Source of the DNA: Candidatus Parcubacteria bacterium
GTDB lineage: Bacteria > Patescibacteriota > Patescibacteriia > UBA1558 > GWA2-36-10
Assembly (NCBI GenBank): GCA_018669975.1
Contig: JABHSK010000008.1
Coordinates: 2,622 to 66,621 of the forward strand
Direction of reading: 5' to 3'
Length of the DNA: 64,000 nucleotides
A program made the translations under genes and the position numbers. The number at the start of each line of letters is the position of its first letter. Position 1 is the first letter of the stretch. Below, one piece after another: positions 1 to 8,918 of the stretch. The notes under the pieces were generated by a model. It saw only the letters and a program-made list of their open reading frames with translations, had not been told where the DNA came from and made no database searches.

Positions 1-635
1 TCAGGATGAAGTCCAGTAGCAATTAAGCCAGCAATATGAGCCATGTCTACCATTAGATAAGCACCTACTTCATCAGCTATTTGTTTAAATGGTTCAAAGT
101 CGATTTTTCTAGAATAGGCAGATGCACCAGCTAAAATTATTTTTGGTTTATGTTTTTTGGCTTGAGCACGTACCTCGTCCATATCAATCAGCTCTTTTTC
201 TTTATCTACTCCGTAGCTGACAAAATTATAGAATTTTCCAGAGAAATTAACTGGGTGTCCGTGAGTTAAGTGTCCGCCATGGGCTAAATCAAATCCTAAA
301 ATAGTATCACCCAACTCAACTAGCGCGAAATAAGCTTCCATATTAGCTTGTGAGCCAGCGTGTGGTTGCACATTAGCGTGTTCGGCACCGAATAATTCTT
401 TGGCACGTTCAATGGCTAGTGATTCAGATTGATCGATAAATTCATTACCACCATAATATCTTTTACTAGGATAGCCCTCAGCATATTTATTAGTTAGTAC
501 TGACCCAGCCGCTTCTAACACAGCCAATGAAACAAAATTTTCCGAAGCAATCATCTCTGCCCCGTGTCTTTGTCGATTTAGCTCTTTTTTTAAAATATCG
601 GATATTTTCGGATCCGTTTTTTTTAAACTAGCCAT
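1..635 (-). CDS. glyA: Serine hydroxymethyltransferase, N-terminal part; 3' end lies beyond the window start
   Basis: Minus-strand translation from ATG (complement of 633-635) reads [56 protein letters not shown]..., the canonical SHMT N-terminus (IASENF...[11 protein letters not shown]). The ORF runs off the window edge. Confidence 0.9.
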   Translation of the reverse strand, partial: MASLKKTDPKISDILKKELNRQRHGAEMIASENFVSLAVLEAAGSVLTNKYAEGYPSKRYYGGNEFIDQSESLAIERAKELFGAEHANVQPHAGSQANMEAYFALVELGDTILGFDLAHGGHLTHGHPVNFSGKFYNFVSYGVDKEKELIDMDEVRAQAKKHKPKIILAGASAYSRKIDFEPFKQIADEVGAYLMVDMAHIAGLIATGLHP

Positions 636-709
636 GTTGTTTGAGTGATTAATTACGATATTTAGTTTATCATATTAAGCCCGATATGCAATAGCCGAGG
701 TTGCTACCC

Positions 710-738
710 TTGACATTTTTGCCAAAATTAGCTATAGT
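710..738 (+). promoter_or_regulatory. Sigma70-like promoter (TTGACA-17-TATAGT) upstream of the rhomboid gene
   Basis: TTGACA at 710-715, a 17-nt spacer, TATAGT at 733-738. It is followed by the RBS AAGGAGG 7 nt before the ATG at 794. Confidence 0.4.
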
Positions 739-793
739 CCTATGTTATTATTTGATCGTTTCAAAAACCAAAAAAACTTAAAGGAGGAGTCAA

Positions 794-1354
794 ATGAGAC
801 TCAAGTACAACTCGCCGATAATCCTCACCTTTGCTTTGATTAGTACTGTTGTGCTACTGCTTACCAAATATTTGATGCCTGACCTGACCAGCGCCTGGTT
901 TGTTGCGCCGGCACAATTTAGCTTCGGCAACCTTATGGATTATCCACGGATGTTTTCGCATGTCATCGGACATGCTGATGTCAATCATCTACTCGGCAAC
1001 TTCACCTTTATTTTGTTGCTCGGTCCAATCATCGAGGAAAAGTACGGCTCTGGTCGCCTTTTGGCCATGATTCTACTAACAGCTTTGATTACTGGCTTGG
1101 GTAATGCTTTTTTGTTCAAGAGCGGATTACTCGGTGCCAGTGGCATCGTCTTCATGTTGATCATCATTTCTTCTTTTACCAATATCAAGGACAAGGAGAT
1201 TCCGATCACTTTTCTGCTCATCGTTGGTATTTTTCTCAGCAAAGAAATTGTTCACGCCTTTCAGGAGAACAACATTTCTGAGTTTGCTCACATCATCGGC
1301 GGCCTCTGTGGCGGCCTCTACGGTGTAGCTCTAGCCAAGGGCAAAGAAGAATAA
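794..1354 (+). CDS. Rhomboid-family intramembrane serine protease (multi-pass membrane)
   Basis: Hydrophobic helices, a GASG motif (rhomboid GxSG catalytic serine) and a downstream His in a TM helix (AHIIGGLCGGLYG). Strong RBS aaaggagg precedes the start. Confidence 0.65.
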   Translation: MRLKYNSPIILTFALISTVVLLLTKYLMPDLTSAWFVAPAQFSFGNLMDYPRMFSHVIGHADVNHLLGNFTFILLLGPIIEEKYGSGRLLAMILLTALITGLGNAFLFKSGLLGASGIVFMLIIISSFTNIKDKEIPITFLLIVGIFLSKEIVHAFQENNISEFAHIIGGLCGGLYGVALAKGKEE

Positions 1355-1360
1355 CCTCAA

Positions 1361-1395
1361 CAGAGGAGACCACTTTCAAATGGAAGTGGTTTTTT
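1361..1395 (+). terminator. Rho-independent terminator
   Basis: Hairpin accactttcaaatggaagtggt followed by ttttttattt. Confidence 0.6.
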
Positions 1396-1441
1396 ATTTA
1401 TAAAAAAACCGTCGAGAAAATCTCGACGGTCGATATTTTGG

Positions 1442-2212
1442 CTACGTTTGGTCTATTAATACTTCATGGGTAAAGTACCAGTGGCCGCGGTGATTTTTTT
1501 CACCAAAGAGACGACCGGAACGAGCCCAACGACGGATAGTACTGGCATCCTTTTTGAAAAGTTTGGCAACTTTTTGGATATGCCAGTGACTGGTCATCTC
1601 CAGCCAAAGTTGCCAAATCTTGTCCAGCAATTGGGAGATACTCATGCTCCAGCGTTGTCCCAGAGCAACTTCCATATTATGCTCATTGAATTCTCCCTCG
1701 GCTCTGAGGATAGGCAGGATGACCTGATTGATGAATTCACGTTCACGTATTTTGGGGGACTTCTCGAACATAATGGGTTTTTGTCTTTTTTCCAAGTATG
1801 CTTGAAAATCACGTTGGCGGTCAGCAGCCAATTTGATATACCAGTCAATCTTCATGTCCAGCCTCCTTTGGAAAGCCACTAGGAAGTGGCCTCGCATGCT
1901 GTTGGGGATATCCCAATCCATAATCCCCATTTTGATTAATAGAGTCTGAAAATCCTCGTCATCTCGAGGAATTACCCCTCCATTTTTGAGGATGGGAATA
2001 AAGTGTCTGGTTTCTGGATTATCATATAGGAGCCCCATCTTGATTAACAGAGCTTTAAAATCTTCGTCGACAGGAATATAGTGTTCTGTATCTGGATCTT
2101 TATTTTCCAGGATAAAATCTAGGAATATTTGAAGTGTTTGAGGGGAGTCAAAATCAACCCCCAGTTTTCCATCAGATCTTGTTAGTCTGATGGTCATTTC
2201 ATCACTAGACAA
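1442..2212 (-). CDS. Hypothetical protein with C-terminal excisionase/MerR-like HTH (HTH_17-type) and internal DEDF-x-LLIKMG repeats
   Basis: C-terminus ...DASTIRRWARSGRLFGEKNHRGHWYF matches the 'TVYRWI..GKLPA.K.G..WRF' excisionase-family DNA-binding motif. Two internal repeats (EHYIPVDEDFKALLIKMGLL / RHFIPILK..DEDFQTLLIKMGIM). Confidence 0.5.
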   Translation of the reverse strand: MSSDEMTIRLTRSDGKLGVDFDSPQTLQIFLDFILENKDPDTEHYIPVDEDFKALLIKMGLLYDNPETRHFIPILKNGGVIPRDDEDFQTLLIKMGIMDWDIPNSMRGHFLVAFQRRLDMKIDWYIKLAADRQRDFQAYLEKRQKPIMFEKSPKIREREFINQVILPILRAEGEFNEHNMEVALGQRWSMSISQLLDKIWQLWLEMTSHWHIQKVAKLFKKDASTIRRWARSGRLFGEKNHRGHWYFTHEVLIDQT

Positions 2213-2293
2213 AACTAGCCTCTTTTCGTTTTAAGGTTTTGGAAAGATCATTTCGCCTGCATTTAAGTATATTTTAGAGTTTTTGTCAATACT

Positions 2294-3937
2294 TTAGAGG
2301 TTTTTGGTCATATAGGTGCCTTCTAATGTATAACCAAGTTTTTTATAATAATTTCGTACCCCAATTCCGGAAATCACAGCCACTTTATTGAGTTTGTTAG
2401 CTCTGGTTATTTTTTCAGCTTCAGCCATCAATTTTTTTCCAAAACCACTGTGCTGAGTTTGTGATGTTTCGTCATCCAAACCTTCACCATAAGTTGGAAT
2501 CATTTTGCCATAAACATGTAGTTCACGAACTATACTAGCACCTTTTAGCTCCTCAAAAATATTCTGTTGTGAATTTTCATTGAGCCGTAGTCTTAGGAAG
2601 GCATAAATTTTTTGTCTATCTGGACTTTCAAAGCTTAAAAATATTTCACGACCCCTTGAGGACTTATATTCTCTAGTCACTAGTTCAGCTTGAGCGATAC
2701 CTGTGGTATCACCTTTTACTTCACGGCAGCGAATACACTGACAAGCTTTATTTTGTTTTTTGAGTCCCTGTTGTAGATATTGTCGTAGATTTGTAATTTT
2801 GTTACCAGCGGTAATACTTTCTTCAGGGATATCTCTAATTAAACGGTTAATGCGAACATATGGAGGAGTTAGTAATTTTATTTTCATCAATAAATCTGAT
2901 AAATCTTTTTCAGAATATGGTTTATATTTACCATCTTGATACCATTTGTGTAGTTCGGAATATTCGTTGACTATGCAGGGATATATTTTTATTTGATCTG
3001 GCTGCAGGTCAGAGGACTCAAAAACATATTTAAACATTTTTAAATCTTTGTCAGGACTTGAACCTGGTAGGTCAGGCATATAGTGATGATCTACTTTGAA
3101 TCCAGTCTCTTTTAGTAATCTAGTGGCTTCGATACTTGATTGTAGATCATGACCTCTTTGGATTTTGTCTAAAATTTTATTATCAGTGTGCTGAATACCG
3201 ATTTGTACTCTAGTGCAGCCTAAATGACGCATCCTTTTTATTTCAGCGGCTGTGACAAAGTCTGGTCTAGTTTCCAAAGTCAGGCCAATGATTTTATATT
3301 TAGTGTCTTCGTTTATTTTTTGTTCTTCTTCCAGACTTTTAGCGTGTCTTTTTTTCGTATCACCAAAAGTGTTTGCAGCAAAAAAACAATCACGAATAAA
3401 TTCATCCTGATATTTGACTGGATAGACAGACCAGGTGCCACCCAAGACTAATAGTTCTAATTTATCAACCTGATGACCATTGTTTAGTAGTGCCTGAATG
3501 CGCATAGTTACTTGGCGCATAGGATCAAACAAATTCATCTTAGCTCTCGCTGCTGCCGGTTCATTGGAAAGGTAACTTTTTGGCATATCTGGTTCAGATG
3601 GACAGTAAACACATTTGCCCGGACAAGTGAATGGTTTTGATAGAACTGTTATAACTGATACTCCGGATAATGTACGAACAGCTCGTTTTATTAATAATTC
3701 AGAGAATTTTCTATTTTCTTTCAATTTCCCCTTTTTTATCAAGTTTTTATATGCTACAATAAGGTTAGCTTTACTGGTTGGCGTCATTTTATGGCGGCTA
3801 AATACTTGTCGTAGAGCTTTGACAAAATCAAGTTCACTGGAATAGCTTTGTGTGGCCAGTTCCAGTACTATAGTTTCTAATTTTTCCTGCTTGTCAGGAG
3901 CCCGCTTAGCGGGATTATTTACAATATGTTTAGTCAT
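2294..3937 (-). CDS. elp3: Elp3-family tRNA uridine(34) carboxymethyl/acetyl-transferase (radical SAM + GNAT/KAT domain)
   Basis: KCVYCPSEPDMPKSYLSNEPAAARAKMNLFDPMRQVTMRIQALLNNGHQVDKLELLVLGGTW aligns with the Elp3 radical-SAM core ([30 protein letters not shown]...GHSVDKVEFILMGGTF). The C-terminal GNAT fold reads ...QHSGFGKKLMAEAEKI...GIGVRNYYKKLGY. Confidence 0.9.
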   Translation of the reverse strand: MTKHIVNNPAKRAPDKQEKLETIVLELATQSYSSELDFVKALRQVFSRHKMTPTSKANLIVAYKNLIKKGKLKENRKFSELLIKRAVRTLSGVSVITVLSKPFTCPGKCVYCPSEPDMPKSYLSNEPAAARAKMNLFDPMRQVTMRIQALLNNGHQVDKLELLVLGGTWSVYPVKYQDEFIRDCFFAANTFGDTKKRHAKSLEEEQKINEDTKYKIIGLTLETRPDFVTAAEIKRMRHLGCTRVQIGIQHTDNKILDKIQRGHDLQSSIEATRLLKETGFKVDHHYMPDLPGSSPDKDLKMFKYVFESSDLQPDQIKIYPCIVNEYSELHKWYQDGKYKPYSEKDLSDLLMKIKLLTPPYVRINRLIRDIPEESITAGNKITNLRQYLQQGLKKQNKACQCIRCREVKGDTTGIAQAELVTREYKSSRGREIFLSFESPDRQKIYAFLRLRLNENSQQNIFEELKGASIVRELHVYGKMIPTYGEGLDDETSQTQHSGFGKKLMAEAEKITRANKLNKVAVISGIGVRNYYKKLGYTLEGTYMTKNL

Positions 3938-4625
3938 GAGTGAAAAAATAAAAAAAGATTTGCAGAAAACCTATAACGATATTGCTAAGGAGTTTTCAGC
4001 TTCCCGTGTTTATCCCTGGGAAGAATTACAAGTCTTTATACCATACATAAAGGAAAACTTCAAGATACTAGACCTGGGTTGCGGCAATGGTAGATTGCTA
4101 AAATCTTTAGAGCCTTTGGAAAAAAGTTATAATTATATAGGCGTTGATTTTAGTGAAAATTTGATTGTCGAGGCTAAGAAACAATTTGCAGGTGTTAATA
4201 ATGCAGTATTCAAATTGTCAGACATTAATAAGATAAATTTTCCTAGCAATAGTTTTGATATGATTTTTATGATTGCTACCTTCCACCATCTGCCTAAAAA
4301 AACAGAAAGACTAGATTTATTATTTAAAATAAATAGGTGGCTTAAACCAGGTGGGCACCTTTTTATGACTAACTGGAATTTGTGGCAGAAAAAATATTTT
4401 AAGTATTCCATACAAAATTTTTGGCGTAAGCAGTCTTGGAATGATTTTTTTATTCCCTGGACTACCAATGATGGCGTAACAGCTTGGCGTTTTTATCATA
4501 GCTTTACTACTAAGGAACTTGTTAACCTACTTAAGCTTACTGGTTTTGAACTTAGGCCTGGTGGAGTTTATAAAACTAAATATAATATAGACTGTTTTGT
4601 AAAAAAACCTTTTAAGATAGAATAA
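3936..4625 (+). CDS. Trm9/ALKBH8-like SAM-dependent tRNA methyltransferase (class I MTase)
   Basis: ILDLGCGNGRLL (motif I) ... IATFHHLPKKTERLDLLFKINRWLKPGGHLFMTNWNLWQ parallels Trm9 [39 protein letters not shown]. Start chosen at MSEKIKK (ATG 3936), which overlaps the divergent elp3 start by 2 nt; the 3852 start in the ORF track is rejected. Confidence 0.7.
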   Translation: MSEKIKKDLQKTYNDIAKEFSASRVYPWEELQVFIPYIKENFKILDLGCGNGRLLKSLEPLEKSYNYIGVDFSENLIVEAKKQFAGVNNAVFKLSDINKINFPSNSFDMIFMIATFHHLPKKTERLDLLFKINRWLKPGGHLFMTNWNLWQKKYFKYSIQNFWRKQSWNDFFIPWTTNDGVTAWRFYHSFTTKELVNLLKLTGFELRPGGVYKTKYNIDCFVKKPFKIE

Positions 4626-4642
4626 AAAATAAAAATAAAAAT

Positions 4643-5587
4643 ATGGACATTTTAAGTTATCCATTGATCATTAACATGCTACTATTGGTGGTAGTAGCAT
4701 TTTTTTTATTAAGAATGAACAACGGGCAGGACACTGGTAAGAAAGTAAGCGGTGTATTTGGTAAGTCTAAAAGTTTCCAACCAGTGGTTGAAAAATTTAC
4801 TGTTAATCTGACAGATATGGCCAGGCAGCAAAAACTTGATCCAGTGATTGGTCGCGATAAAGAAATCAAAAGAGTTATACAAGTACTATCTCGTCGCAAG
4901 AAAAACAACATTATTTTATTTGGTAAAGCTGGTATTGGCAAGACAGCTGTTGTAGAGGGTTTAGCCATTGCTATAGCTGAAGGAAAAGTACCCAGATCAT
5001 TATTGACCAAAAAAGTATTAAAATTAGACATTTCATCTGTATTGGCAGGCACTAAATATAGAGGTGAATTTGAAAATAGGTTTAAGGCTTTAATTGACGC
5101 TTTTGTAGAAACGAATAAACAAATAATTGTTTTTATTGATGAAATTCATACTATTGTTCAGGCTGGTGGGGTCGATGGCGCTGTTGATGCCGATGACATC
5201 ATTAAGGGTCCGTTAGCCAGGGGTGATTTACAAATGCTTGGGACAACTACTACCAAAGAATATAATCAATATATTGCTACAGACCCCACTTTAACTAGAC
5301 GCTTCGAAGGTCTGTTGGTTTATGAGCCTAGCAAGACTCAAACTGTGGAAATGCTCAAGGCTTTGCGCAAAAACTATGAAGATTATCATAATGTTATTAT
5401 CGGCGATGAAGTTATTAAAAAAATGGTAGAATTATCTGCTAAGATAAAGACTAGAGTTTTTCCAGATAAGGCTATTGATATTATGGATGAAGTCTCAGCT
5501 AAGGTGCGTTTAGATAATATAGATAATAATAAAAAGATTAAAATAACAATCCAGGACATTAAGGAAATTTTAAAAGATTTTAAATAA
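4643..5587 (+). CDS. ClpA/B/C-like AAA+ ATPase containing only a first nucleotide-binding domain, with N-terminal TM helix
   Basis: [53 protein letters not shown] matches Clp NBD1 ([44 protein letters not shown]). Walker B [12 protein letters not shown] is present. The N-terminal hydrophobic helix is [12 protein letters not shown]. The protein is 314 aa with no second AAA module. Confidence 0.6.
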   Translation: [314 protein letters not shown]

Positions 5588-5617
5588 AGATTATATTTAA
5601 AAAAGCTTTAATTTTGT

Positions 5618-5806
5618 ATGCACGGCAATAATATGAAAACCGATACCAAGCAAGAGGTGTCAATTAAGACTAAAACCCTATTAATGGTCAGTGCAGCTTT
5701 GGCAGTTTTTGGCACGGCTATGTTTTTAGCCACCTTGATCAAAGGCATGGAGTCATTTAGTCAAAAAATGGCTACTGAAAATGTAAAGTTTAAAAATATC
5801 AGATAA
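5618..5806 (+). CDS. Small single-pass membrane protein (hypothetical)
   Basis: 62-aa ORF with one TM helix (LLMVSAALAVFGTAMFLATLI). A terminator hairpin follows at about 5811-5845. There is no homology signal. Confidence 0.25.
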   Translation: MHGNNMKTDTKQEVSIKTKTLLMVSAALAVFGTAMFLATLIKGMESFSQKMATENVKFKNIR

Positions 5807-5810
5807 AACA

Positions 5811-5845
5811 GTATAAATACTCCTGTAAATGGGAGTTTTTATTTT
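5811..5845 (+). terminator. Rho-independent terminator
   Basis: aaatactcctgtaaatgggagtttttatttt: the stem is actcc/ggagt and a T-run follows. Confidence 0.5.
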
Positions 5846-5944
5846 GTATAAAACTGCCATAATTATGGCATTATATGGTTGTATTTTTGCTGGGGGCTGT
5901 GTTAAGATATATATAATAATTTTATAACTAAAATAGCTACGTTT

Positions 5945-7315
5945 ATGAAGGATAATATTTTTAAATCTTACGATATCAGGGGTATATATCCAGAGGAGCT
6001 CAATGAACAAGATGTACAGCAAATAGCCCAGGCCTATCTGACCATGTTATCTGAAAAGCTTAATAAACCAATAAAGAAATTAAAGATAGTAGTCTGTAAA
6101 GATGTGCGTGGTTCTTCAGGGTTATTACTTGAGGAGGCTATTAAAGTCTTTTTGGAATATGGGGTTCAGGTAGACGATTATGATTTTATATCTATCAATG
6201 GTTATTATTTTGCAGCTGGATACTATAAGTATGATGGCGGTCTTATGGCTACAGCTTCTCACAACCCACCAGAGTATGGTGGATTTAAAATGGTCATCAA
6301 AAATACAGAGTATAGCGACAGTATAGAATTTATTAGTGGTAAGGAGCTACTAGACAGATTAAAGAAGATAGATTTTCCCATTAAAGACGAAAAGATTAAA
6401 GGTGGCAGAGAAACAAAAGAGCTTAGACATGAGCACCTAAAACATATATTTAGTTTTGTTCAACAAGAGAAATTTAAACCTTTTAAAGTGGTGGTTGATA
6501 CTGGAAATGGTATGAATGGTTTGTTGATTCCTAAAATTTTTGAGAAAACACCCTGTGAGTTGATTAATATGTTTCCAGATCCAGATGGTAGTTTTCCTAA
6601 TCGTAATCCAAATCCTTTAGCTCCTGGCGCGGCTGATAAAATCAGTCAGAGAGTAGTAGCCGAAGGTGCTGATATGGGTTTTATTTTTGATGTAGATGGT
6701 GATCGCATGTTTATGGTTGATGAAAAAGGGCAGTTTATAAGAGGTGATATGATTTTACCTCTAATGGCTAAGCCAATGTTGGAACGTTTTCCTGGTCAGG
6801 GCATAGCTTACAATTTAATTTGTTCTCATACCGTGCCAGAGTTAATTAGAAAATGGGGCGGTAAGCCCATCCGTAGTGAAGTTGGCTATTTAAATTTAGC
6901 TAGACACATGCGAGAAGAGGGTGGGGTTATGAGTGGTGAGGTTTCTGGGCATTTTGCTTTTCGTGACAATTATTATGCTGACTCAGCTTTTATAGCCATG
7001 TTATTAGTCTTGCAACAATTAACAGAAGATGGGCGCAAGTTATCTGAAATTATAAAAGAAAACACGTTTTATTCTAGAGGTGATGAAATAAACATCAAGG
7101 TAGATGACATACCTGCCAAGCTAGATAAAATTCGCCAGACCTATAGTGCTAATATTTTAGATGAGATTGATGGCATCACTGTCGAGTTTGATGATTGGTG
7201 GTTTAACGTTCGTGCATCTAACACAGAGCCTTTATTGAGGGTGACTGTTGAGGCTAGTAATGAAGACAAGCTTAAGGCTAGGCAGCAGGAAATTTTAAAT
7301 CTTATTAATAATTAA
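5945..7315 (+). CDS. Phosphomannomutase/phosphoglucomutase (alpha-D-phosphohexomutase)
   Basis: Active-site serine loop ATASHNPPEYGGFK, Mg-binding loop FDVDGDR and phosphohexomutase domain order. Confidence 0.85.
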   Translation: MKDNIFKSYDIRGIYPEELNEQDVQQIAQAYLTMLSEKLNKPIKKLKIVVCKDVRGSSGLLLEEAIKVFLEYGVQVDDYDFISINGYYFAAGYYKYDGGLMATASHNPPEYGGFKMVIKNTEYSDSIEFISGKELLDRLKKIDFPIKDEKIKGGRETKELRHEHLKHIFSFVQQEKFKPFKVVVDTGNGMNGLLIPKIFEKTPCELINMFPDPDGSFPNRNPNPLAPGAADKISQRVVAEGADMGFIFDVDGDRMFMVDEKGQFIRGDMILPLMAKPMLERFPGQGIAYNLICSHTVPELIRKWGGKPIRSEVGYLNLARHMREEGGVMSGEVSGHFAFRDNYYADSAFIAMLLVLQQLTEDGRKLSEIIKENTFYSRGDEINIKVDDIPAKLDKIRQTYSANILDEIDGITVEFDDWWFNVRASNTEPLLRVTVEASNEDKLKARQQEILNLINN

Positions 7316-7325
7316 TATAAATATT

Positions 7326-8078
7326 ATGTGGTTTATCGTATTACTTATTGTTGTTATTTTCGTACTTTTGATTTCTATTCGTCAGGTTAATCAGTATGAG
7401 CGTGGTATTAAATTCCAGTTAGGTAAATATCGTCGGACTATAGAACCGGGTTGGCGTTTAGTATTCCCTATTTTTCAGTCAATGACTAAGGTAGACATTA
7501 GGGTTAAGGCTGTGGATGTACCAGATCAAGATGCTATCACCAAGGACAATGTTACTGTCAATGTAAATGCAGTGCTTTATTATAAGGTTGTCGCAGCTGA
7601 TAAGGCAATATTAGAGGTGGAACATTATTATTATGCTGTGTCTCAATTGGCACAGACTACTATGCGTGATGTCGTGGGCGAAGTGACTTTGGATGAGTTA
7701 TTGAGTAATCGTGACGAGATTTCTCAACGTATCCAACAGATCGTTGATAAAGCAACTGACCCTTGGGGTATTAAGGTGGTCTCTGTAGACCTTAAGCATA
7801 TTGAGTTGCCAAAAGACATGCAGAGAACCATTGCTAAGCAGGCTGAGGCTGAACGTGAAAGAAGGGCAGTAATTATTAAAGCAGAGGGTGAAGTAGCTGC
7901 TGCTGATAATATGGCCAAGGCTGCTAACATTTTAGCTTCATCAGCTGGCGCTCTACATTTGAGGACACTGCAATCTATCAATGATTTATCTTCAGATCAA
8001 TCTAATACAGTTATCTTTGCTATGCCCCTTGAAATTCTTAGGGCTTTTGAAGGTATAGCCAAGAAAGGTAAAGAATAA
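7326..8078 (+). CDS. SPFH/band-7 (stomatin/prohibitin-like) membrane protein
   Basis: N-terminal TM helix followed by an SPFH core (YERGIKFQLGKY...VDIRVKAVDVPDQDAITKDNVTVNVNAVLYYKV) and a C-terminal coiled-coil with AEAERERRAVI. Confidence 0.85.
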   Translation: MWFIVLLIVVIFVLLISIRQVNQYERGIKFQLGKYRRTIEPGWRLVFPIFQSMTKVDIRVKAVDVPDQDAITKDNVTVNVNAVLYYKVVAADKAILEVEHYYYAVSQLAQTTMRDVVGEVTLDELLSNRDEISQRIQQIVDKATDPWGIKVVSVDLKHIELPKDMQRTIAKQAEAERERRAVIIKAEGEVAAADNMAKAANILASSAGALHLRTLQSINDLSSDQSNTVIFAMPLEILRAFEGIAKKGKE

Positions 8079-8884
8079 TGATTGGAGTTTTTGATTCAGG
8101 ATTTGGTGGTCTAACTATCTTCAAGGATATTGAGACGAGCTTACCCCAGTATAATTATATTTATTTGGGGGACAATGCTCGTGCGCCTTACGGTAATTCT
8201 GATCAAGAAACTATTTATGAATACACTAAACAAGCAGTAGATTATTTATTCGGTCAGGGTTGCAATTTAATTATTTTGGCCTGCAACACTGCTTCAGCTG
8301 GAGCCCTACGACGTATTCAACAGGAACATTTGCCAGACAAATATCCAGGCAAAAATGTTTTGGGAGTTATTAGGCCCTTGGTAGAAGAGGTTAGTCAAAT
8401 GACCAAAAATAAAATCGTAGCTGTAATGGGTACTCTTAGCACAGTCAAATCAAGGACTTACATTGAGGAATTTTTGGAGCAGGATGGTAGTATCGATGTC
8501 ATGCAGCAGGCATGCCCTTTATTGGTGCCACTTATAGAAAAATCTTGGGAGAATAGACCAGAAGTGGATTTACTGATTAGGGAATATGTGGCAGAGCTTA
8601 AGGATAGAAAGCCAGATATAGTGGTTTTAGGCTGTACTCACTATGGTTTTGTACATGATTTAATTCAAGAACATTTTGGAAAAAGGACCAGGGTTTTAGA
8701 TAGTGGGGTAATTGTAGCAAAGAAGTTAGCCGACTATTTAAAAAAACATTATGACTTGGTTCCTATGGCTAAAGGAAAACCAAAAAGAATATTCCTTACC
8801 ACCAATAGCAGAAAAATTTTTGATCAGGCCGCAGAAAAATTTTTGGGGCGTCAGATAAAATCAAAAAAAGTTAAAATAATTTAA
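8078..8884 (+). CDS. murI: Glutamate racemase
   Basis: IGVFDSGFGGLT (DSGxGGL) and ILACNTASA motifs with the catalytic cysteines, and the VLGCTHY second cysteine motif. The ATGA overlap with the upstream gene suggests translational coupling. Confidence 0.9.
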   Translation: MIGVFDSGFGGLTIFKDIETSLPQYNYIYLGDNARAPYGNSDQETIYEYTKQAVDYLFGQGCNLIILACNTASAGALRRIQQEHLPDKYPGKNVLGVIRPLVEEVSQMTKNKIVAVMGTLSTVKSRTYIEEFLEQDGSIDVMQQACPLLVPLIEKSWENRPEVDLLIREYVAELKDRKPDIVVLGCTHYGFVHDLIQEHFGKRTRVLDSGVIVAKKLADYLKKHYDLVPMAKGKPKRIFLTTNSRKIFDQAAEKFLGRQIKSKKVKII

Positions 8885-8887
8885 AAC

Positions 8888-8918
8888 AAAAAATCCCGCT
8901 ATAACGGGATTTTTTGTT
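8888..8918. terminator. Bidirectional rho-independent terminator between convergent murI and the minus-strand ORF
   Basis: aaaaaatcccgctataacgggattttttg: a perfect 7-bp stem flanked by an A-run and a T-run. Confidence 0.7.

Noticed and set aside
985-1882. Antisense ORFs inside the rhomboid gene (985-1242, -) and inside the HTH gene (1466-1882 and 1642-1848)
   Set aside because: They are shadow ORFs on the opposite strand of better-supported genes. They have low complexity and lack an RBS. The same reasoning applies to the many other 60-130 aa antisense ORFs in the track (e.g. 4133-4468, 7724-7981, 16497-16703, 29324-29608, 52781-53335).
3852-3935. Upstream extension of the methyltransferase ORF (start at 3852, MASSSTIVSNFSCLSG...)
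   Set aside because: The extension is antisense to the elp3 coding region, is not methyltransferase-like, and the internal ATG at 3936 gives a typical MTase N-terminus. It is most likely a frame artefact.
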